The translations under genes were made by a program, and so were the position numbers. From Chloroflexota bacterium (GTDB taxonomy: Bacteria; Chloroflexota; UBA4733): 64,000 bases of DNA. Under the pieces are notes generated by a model that saw only the letters and a program-made list of their open reading frames with translations, was not told the DNA's origin and searched no databases. Every line of letters begins with the position of its first letter. The first letter of the stretch is position 1. Where the stretch lies: positions 27,635 to 91,634 of the forward strand of contig JBPCLN010000166.1 of assembly GCA_051003235.1 (NCBI GenBank). Direction: 5' to 3'. Of the stretch, positions 58,478-64,000 are shown in pieces.

Positions 58478-59696
58478 ATGAGTGTTGAGACGATCGCAGA
58501 CGCACTGACCGGCCCGGACTTTCTGCCCTGACCGATCCCGTCCGCCGGGCGCTGGGAGACTCCGAGGCCACGGTCGCCACTTGGCAAGCGGCACGCATCG
58601 GCTACGTCGAGCTCAACCCGGTCAGTGGTGGCGTCTACCGTCTGCGGGGGCCGGCGCGGAGTGGTGACGGAGGGCCGGAGCGGCCCTGGGCGCTCGTGCT
58701 GAAGGTGGCGCGAGCGCCTGCTGTCGGCGGCCGGGCGATCGGTGGGGGGATTATTCCTGCAGGCTGGGGGCGTGATCCCTCCCATACGGACTACTGGCGG
58801 CGCGAGGTGCTGGTCTACCAGTCGGGGATGCTCAAGGACTTACCGGGCAAATTGGCGGCCCCAAGCTGCTTCGGCGCCGAGGAGCAAGCGGACGGTAGCG
58901 TCTGGCTATGGCTGGAAGCACTCCACGACGATGCCGGCGCCATTTGGCCGCTGGATCGGTACGGTACGGCCGCCCGCCACCTTGGTCAGTTCAATGGCGC
59001 CTATCTGACAGGCTGGCCCGAGCCTGCCTATCCGTGGCTCAGCCGTGACTGGCCGCGTAGCTGGCTGAAGTTTCCGCTGACACCGCGGAATACGGCGCTC
59101 GTGCAGCGCGCCGACATCTGGGATGAGCCGCTCACCCGACTGGCCTTCCCGGTGCCGGTGGGTGAGCAGGTGCTGCGCATGTGGGAGGATCACGATCGCT
59201 TCCTGCTGGCGCTTGACCGGCTGCTGCGACCGTTCTGTCACCGCGATGCCAACCGGACCAACCTCTTCTGCCGCCGCCGACAAGATGGCAGCGATGAGAC
59301 AGTGGCCGTAGACTGGGCCTTCGCCGGGGACGGCGGCGTGGGCGATGAGGTCGTCCAGATTGTCATCTCTACGCTTTCCGCAGCGAGGTCAGGCCGGAGG
59401 AGGCCGAGCAGCTCAGTGCCATCGCCTTCGATGGTTATCTGGCAGGGCTGCATGAGGCCGGCTGGCAGGGCGATGCCCGCCTGGCGCGCTTCGGCTACGC
59501 CGCCTCCGCCGTCGCGCGGTGGGGTTTCCTTCCTGGCGGGCTGTTGCAACTCGTCACGAACAGCGAGCAGCGTGCGCAGTGGACGGCGCGGGTTGGGCAG
59601 AGCGCGGAGGAACTCGTTCTGGCCTGCGGCGCTGCCTCACGGTTGCTGTTGGGGCTTGCTGCGGAGGCGCGCACCCTTCTCGCCGCGCTGCCTTGA
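58478..59696 (+). pseudogene. Aminoglycoside/choline-kinase-type phosphotransferase (APH family) with two frameshifts
   Basis: The catalytic loop is CHRDANRTNLF, followed by VDWAF. The reading frame breaks near 58515 (a CCC run) and near 59370. The three pieces together give one APH-sized protein ending at TGA 59694-59696. Confidence 0.65.
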
Positions 59697-59775
59697 ACAC
59701 GAAGGGGCAAGCGATGCAACGCATCGTTGTCCGTGCCGTTTGCGTCCGGGCGCTGGCGGTCGTCCACTGGCGGCC

Positions 59776-60000
59776 GGCTTCCGCAACCTTCCGCCGCTGC
59801 GTCGGGCGACGTTTCGCTGGCTGTGGGTCGGCATGGGCGCCTCCTACGCCGGCGATCGTTTGCAACAGTTGGCGCCAGCCTGGCTCGTCGCCACGCTGAC
59901 TCACTCTGCGCTCGGCGTGGGCCTGATCGCCGCGTTCGGCTCCCTTGCCCAGTTGCTCATGCCGCTGGGCGGCGTCGTGGCCGACCAGGTCGACCGCCGG
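59776..60000 (+). pseudogene. N-terminal fragment of an MFS transporter (MFS_3/EntS-like)
   Basis: FRNLPPLRRATFRWLWVGMGASYAGDRLQQLAPAWLV...GGVVADQVDRR is the first approximately 75 aa of such transporters. It then fuses abruptly in frame to unrelated sequence. Confidence 0.55.
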
Positions 60001-60240
60001 CTCGTCCGCCCACGCGCCAACAGCATCCTGGGCGACTTTGGGCCGCACGCGCTGGACCTGGCCCGCTGGTTCGTCGGCGACACCGGCAGTGTCGGCAGCC
60101 GGCTCGCGACCCTCGTCCAGCACGCTGGGCCGGATGGTCAGCCCATGGACGCGGCAAACGACTCAGCGATCCTGGCTTTGCAGTTCGCCAACGGCGCCCA
60201 GGCCACGGTCGAGTTGAGCGCCGTGGTCCACGTCGGCGAT
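60001..60240 (+). pseudogene. Internal/C-terminal fragment of a Gfo/Idh/MocA oxidoreductase
   Basis: ILGDFGPHALDLARWFVGD...AILALQFANGAQATVELS matches the GFO C-terminal domain. It has no Rossmann domain or start codon of its own. Confidence 0.55.
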
Positions 60241-60256
60241 AAGGAGAGAATACGCG

Positions 60257-61309
60257 ATGGACAAGGTACGGATCGGTATCCTGGGGGCCGGCTTGTTTGC
60301 CTGTTACTCCCATATCCCGAGGCTACTCGCCACCGGCGAGGTGGAGTTGACGGCGGTTTGCCGGCGGTCGTCCGAGGCGCTCCAGAAAGTGGGCGACCAC
60401 TTCGGCATTCCGCGGCGGTACACCGACTACGGCGAAATGCTTGACGACGCTCCCTTGGATGCCGTGGTGGTCTCCTCGCCCCATGCCCTGCACTACGAGC
60501 ACGTCAGGGCGGTGCTGCAACACGGCTTCGCCGTGCTCACCGACAAGCCCCTCGCGATCCACCTGGCGGAGGCGGAGGCGCTGAAGGATCTGGCGGCCGC
60601 GAAGGGCCTCACTCTTATGGTAGCCGCGGGCCCGCCTTACGACGCCGCGCATCGGTACATGCAAGGGCGCATTGTTCGGGGTGACCTCGGCATCATCCTC
60701 CTGGCCCAGGTGTACGCGCTGACCAACGTCGATGCGCTCGGCTTCTTCGGCCGCGCCGCCTTCCCCGACTCCCTGCCGGTCCCGGTACCACCGACAGACT
60801 TCCGCGCCCACCTCGACCTGGGTGGGGGTGGCTACTTCCAGGACGTGGGCATCCTCGCCGTCACCGGCTTACAGCCCGTTGAGGTGAACGCCACCTTCGA
60901 CGCTGCGGAGGTGGAACTTCGCCCGTCTGTAACAATTCGCTTTGGGGGCGGCGCAGTCGCCACCATCACTCAGTTCGCTGACGCCAACCCCGAGCACCGA
61001 ACGCTTGTGGACCTCAGTGGCACGCTCTTCGCCGGCAGCAAGGGGAGCCTGTCGAAGGATAGTCGAACCGGAAAGTTGCTCTTCCAAGGCTGGGATCTCC
61101 AAGTGGAGCAGGTACCCGACGAGGCGCTGCCGCCGAAATCTTCTCCCGATCAGAACTTCGTTGGCGTGTTGCGAGGCCGGGAGGCGGCACTGTTCCCGAC
61201 CGACCTGGCTGTCGAAACGGTACGAGTGGTCGAAGCCGCCTATCGCTCTGCTCGGGAAGGTCAGACGGTACACCTCGGAGACCGGCACACAACCGTCCGT
61301 ACTCCGTGA
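60257..61309 (+). CDS. Gfo/Idh/MocA-family oxidoreductase
   Basis: Rossmann VRIGILGAGLFA and the LTDKPLA motif are present. RBS AAGGAGAG lies upstream. Confidence 0.85.
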   Translation: MDKVRIGILGAGLFACYSHIPRLLATGEVELTAVCRRSSEALQKVGDHFGIPRRYTDYGEMLDDAPLDAVVVSSPHALHYEHVRAVLQHGFAVLTDKPLAIHLAEAEALKDLAAAKGLTLMVAAGPPYDAAHRYMQGRIVRGDLGIILLAQVYALTNVDALGFFGRAAFPDSLPVPVPPTDFRAHLDLGGGGYFQDVGILAVTGLQPVEVNATFDAAEVELRPSVTIRFGGGAVATITQFADANPEHRTLVDLSGTLFAGSKGSLSKDSRTGKLLFQGWDLQVEQVPDEALPPKSSPDQNFVGVLRGREAALFPTDLAVETVRVVEAAYRSAREGQTVHLGDRHTTVRTP

Positions 61310-61391
61310 GGAAGAAGCAGGAGGATATCGACAAAATATGATGGGGCAGTGTAGCGCCATGCTAGGCTAGGGGACGCGAAGGAGGTTCCCC

Positions 61392-62267
61392 GTGAGCATC
61401 GATACCCTCCGGCTGGTACCATCGTCGGTGCTTGATCCCACCTACGTGGAGGACGAGGAGCAGGACGAACCGTTGGCTGGCCAGGACCACCGGCTGACGA
61501 TTGACGCCATCTACCACGCACTCAGTACCCGGCTCGCCGGGCCCGCCTGCTTCGTCGCCGCCGAGTTGCGCGTGCATCGCGACCCGCGCAATCTCCGCGA
61601 CTACAAGGAGCCGGACGTCTGTGTGGCGCTGGGGGTGGCGGACGGGGTGCGCGAACGCTACATCATCCCGGACGAGGGCAAGGCGCCGGACCTGGTGTTT
61701 GAGGTGCTCTCCCTCAGTTCCGAGGAGAACGGCGACCTGGAAGACAAGAAGCGTTGGTACGCCCAGGAAAGCGTGCGCGAGTACATCGTGGTAGACCCGC
61801 AGGGCAAGTTCGCGGCTCGCCACCCTCGACTGCAACGGTTTTGGCTGGAAACGGGGAGCGGCGTGGCGGCGGAGATGGCGGACCCAGATGGCGTGCTACG
61901 TAGCCGGCTGCTCCCATTCGGCTTCACGGTGGACGAGAACTGGGTGCGGGTGGTCGATCTGGCGAGCGGTGAGCTGCTGCCGACGCCGAAGGAGAGCGAG
62001 CAACGGCGCCTAGCGGCCGAACGGGAGGCGCGGGAGGCGCTGGCCCGGGCCTGGACCGCTGATCTGTTGGCGCAAGAGGCCCAGGCGCAAGTGCGGGCGG
62101 CCGAAGCGCAGACACGGGCAGCCGAAGCGCAAGCGCGGGCCGCCGAAGCCCAGGCGCAAACGGCCGATGCGCAGGCACGAGCCGGCGAAGCGCGGGCGAC
62201 CGCCTTGGAAGCGGAGCTCGCGCGTTTGCGCCGGCACTTGGACGAGCGCGACAGCGGCCAGGCGTGA
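61392..62267 (+). CDS. Uma2 (DUF820) family endonuclease with about 90-aa C-terminal Ala/Gln/Glu/Arg coiled-coil extension
   Basis: The Uma2 core is PDVCVALG...PDLVFEVLS...KKRWYAQESVREYIVVD. The tail is built of AEAQxRA heptads. GTG start follows GAAGGAGG. Confidence 0.8.
   Translation: MSIDTLRLVPSSVLDPTYVEDEEQDEPLAGQDHRLTIDAIYHALSTRLAGPACFVAAELRVHRDPRNLRDYKEPDVCVALGVADGVRERYIIPDEGKAPDLVFEVLSLSSEENGDLEDKKRWYAQESVREYIVVDPQGKFAARHPRLQRFWLETGSGVAAEMADPDGVLRSRLLPFGFTVDENWVRVVDLASGELLPTPKESEQRRLAAEREAREALARAWTADLLAQEAQAQVRAAEAQTRAAEAQARAAEAQAQTADAQARAGEARATALEAELARLRRHLDERDSGQA
62080..62205 (+). repeat. About six tandem 21-bp (heptad) repeats inside the Uma2 gene
   Basis: Units such as GCCGAAGCGCAGACACGGGCA, GCCGAAGCGCAAGCGCGGGCC and GCCGAAGCCCAGGCGCAAACG were read directly. 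They are in frame. Confidence 0.7.
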
Positions 62268-62268
62268 T

Positions 62269-62445
62269 TGCGTTGGCGGCTTGCCGGTCTGGTCGACCGA
62301 GACACTGCTGGCCGTACTGGGCGGAGCCCCGGTGCTCCGCTAAACCCAAGGGACATATCTGTTGAGCGGTTGGCGCGACAGGGGAGGGGTGCCGTGAGCC
62401 ATGGTGCAGACCCAGCGGCGCCACACCGTCGATGAGTGGTTCGAT
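62269..62445 (+). repeat. Direct repeat copy B
   Basis: See copy A. It carries a relic of the PIN 3' end (GLPVWSTETLLAVLG) with no PIN gene upstream. Confidence 0.8.
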
Positions 62446-62550
62446 GTGCCGCAGAACACCACGCGCGCCGACCTGGTTGACGGGATCCCGGTAGGTCTCA
62501 TGACGACAAGCGCCGATAGGCTTCGTTCACGGCTTGCTCCCTGTGTCTGA
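62401..62550 (+). pseudogene. 49-codon 5' fragment of a Uma2-like gene
   Basis: MVQTQRRHTVDEWFDVPQNTTRADLVDGIPV resembles Uma2 N-termini. It terminates at TGA 62548-62550, just before the prpC 3' end. Confidence 0.4.
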
Positions 62551-62562
62551 ACCGTGGCACTG

Positions 62563-63681
62563 CTAACTCCGGTTCTGAATCGCCACGTATTCTCGCCGCT
62601 CTACCCCGGTGTACTGGGAATTGGGGCGGAAGATGCGATTGTGTTCCAATTGCTCGATGATATGGGCCGACCAGCCGGCGGAGCGGGCCACCACGAATAT
62701 CGGCGTGTAGAGCTCGATCGGCAGGCCGAGGAGGTAGTACGTCGGGCCGCAGGGGAAGTCGACGTTCGGGTAGAGATGCTTCTCCCGCGCCATGACATCC
62801 TCCACGATCTGGCTGATCTCGGCCCACTGCGGCTCGTGCCAGTGCACCCCTAGTTCCGTCATGCACTCCTTGAGAATGCGCGCACGCTGGTCGCCGTTCT
62901 TGTAGACACGATGGCCGAAGCCCCAGATGAGGCGCTTGGCCTGCAGCTCACCCAGGATATAGGATTCGGCCTGAGCCGGCGTGCCGATGGCCAGCAGCAT
63001 CCGCATCGACTCTTCGTTGGCGCCGCCGTGCAGGGGGCCTTTCAGCGTGCCAATGGCGCTGGTGATGCCGCTCCAGAGATCGGAAAGGGTGGAAACCGTG
63101 ACACGCGCAGCAAAAGCGGAGGCATTAAATTCGTGCTCGGCATAGAGAATCAGGGAGGTGTCGAACGTGCGCAGATCACCTTTCGGTGGCACCTTGCCGC
63201 GCAGCATGTAGAAGAAGTTGGCGGCGTGGGAGAGATCGTGGGACGGCACGACCGGCTCGCCGGACCGTGACAGGACGCGCCAGGCGCCGGCCACGATCGT
63301 CGGTAGCTTGGCGACCACGTCGCGCGCCGCCTCCTTGGGTCCGCCGTTGGAGAAGGAGCCCAGGAAGGAGACGCTGGTGCGCAGCACGTCCATCATATTG
63401 GCGCCGGAAGGCAGCAGATGGATCACCTTCCAGAGCTCTTCCGGCACAACACGGCGAGCGATCAGGTCGGCTTTAAATTCCGCCAGTTGCGCCGTGGTCG
63501 GCAAGGCGCCTTCCAGCAGCAGGTAGACGACTTCTTCATAGGTCGATTGCTCGGCCAACTGCTCAATCGGGTAGCCGCGGTAGCGCAGCTCATCGTGCGT
63601 GGTAGCAATCGCCGTTGCGCCGGCGGTGATGCCCGCCAGGCCGGGCGAAAAGGACTGCTCCTCGCTGCTTATCGCGCTCAT
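62563..63681 (-). CDS. prpC: 2-methylcitrate synthase / citrate synthase family
   Basis: It has the citrate synthase fold motifs LYAEHEFNAS, GPLHGGANE and FGHRVYK. Adjacency and 4-nt overlap with methylisocitrate lyase favour PrpC. Confidence 0.85.
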   Translation of the reverse strand: MSAISSEEQSFSPGLAGITAGATAIATTHDELRYRGYPIEQLAEQSTYEEVVYLLLEGALPTTAQLAEFKADLIARRVVPEELWKVIHLLPSGANMMDVLRTSVSFLGSFSNGGPKEAARDVVAKLPTIVAGAWRVLSRSGEPVVPSHDLSHAANFFYMLRGKVPPKGDLRTFDTSLILYAEHEFNASAFAARVTVSTLSDLWSGITSAIGTLKGPLHGGANEESMRMLLAIGTPAQAESYILGELQAKRLIWGFGHRVYKNGDQRARILKECMTELGVHWHEPQWAEISQIVEDVMAREKHLYPNVDFPCGPTYYLLGLPIELYTPIFVVARSAGWSAHIIEQLEHNRIFRPNSQYTGVERREYVAIQNRS

Positions 63682-64000
63682 GTCGTTCCTCCATTCGCTG
63701 CAAGCTCGGCATCCAACCGTTCATAATCAGGATAGCGTAGGAGATCATACAGTTGGGCGCGCGTTTCCATGCGCGGCAGTAATGCGCGTTGGGAACCGTC
63801 GGCCAACAGGCCGGCATAGCCTTCACGGAGGGCGCGCAAGGCCAGGCGGAATCCGGTCATGGGGAAGATGACGGCCGCGTAGCCCAGGGCGGCAAAGCGT
63901 TCGGCGGTGATCAGGGGCGTTTTGCCGAACTCCGTCATGTTGGCCAGGAGGGGACCCGGCACTTGCTGGGCAAAGGCAGCAAACTCCTTCTCCGAGGTCA
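63678..64000 (-). CDS. prpB: Methylisocitrate lyase, 3' part (5' end beyond the window)
   Basis: PLLANMTEFGKTPLI and the C-terminal region match PrpB/ICL-family lyases. The frame stays open to the window edge. Confidence 0.8.
   Translation of the reverse strand, partial: TSEKEFAAFAQQVPGPLLANMTEFGKTPLITAERFAALGYAAVIFPMTGFRLALRALREGYAGLLADGSQRALLPRMETRAQLYDLLRYPDYERLDAELAANGGTT

Noticed and set aside
58696-60444. Apparent 582-aa ORF
   Set aside because: It is a read-through chimera. It combines the middle of a frameshifted APH-like gene, out-of-frame junk, an MFS N-terminal fragment, a GFO fragment and an out-of-frame read into the next gene. It is annotated as separate remnants instead.
62080-62205. 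Tandem 21-bp repeats as a possible CRISPR or minisatellite locus
   Set aside because: The units are contiguous with no spacers, are in frame and encode heptads of a coiled coil within a CDS. This is not a CRISPR array.

Overview
A 64-kb bacterial chromosomal segment with high GC; hand counts of sample 60-nt lines give about 63-70% in most genes. A GAAC-N4-GTTC LexA box, Tat/lipobox solute-binding proteins with long Ser/Thr/Ala tethers, and many Uma2 (DUF820) genes suggest a monoderm high-GC lineage such as Chloroflexota; this lineage call is inference only. Most of the window is housekeeping: mdh, rpsT, tatA, lexA, pgi, grpE, ybaK-mutS-mutL, uvrA, prpC-prpB and rfbB. It also holds one complete ABC importer, a MacB-type ABC exporter, three further orphan solute-binding proteins, an ECF sigma factor, a CheY-like regulator, and several oxidoreductases and hydrolases. 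I recognised no rRNA, tRNA, CRISPR array, transposase or integrase. Five things stand out. (1) A lower-GC two-gene island at 44.3-46.3 kb, a Dam-family methyltransferase plus an uncharacterised 362-aa partner, abuts the grpE stop codon. (2) A small antitoxin-PIN module is translationally coupled to the 3' end of uvrA. (3) Two diverged ~177-bp direct repeats bracket a 4.1-kb mosaic of gene fragments and intact genes (58.0-62.4 kb). (4) A gene-decay cluster at 36.9-39.5 kb includes two 5'-truncated genes joined head to head. (5) A nucleoside hydrolase is broken by two frameshifts. I did not find a system I can confidently call new. The methyltransferase island, the uvrA-coupled toxin-antitoxin module and the repeat-bracketed mosaic are the best candidates for follow-up. 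All the frameshifts are consistent with single-base deletions, so sequencing error must be excluded before calling them pseudogenes.
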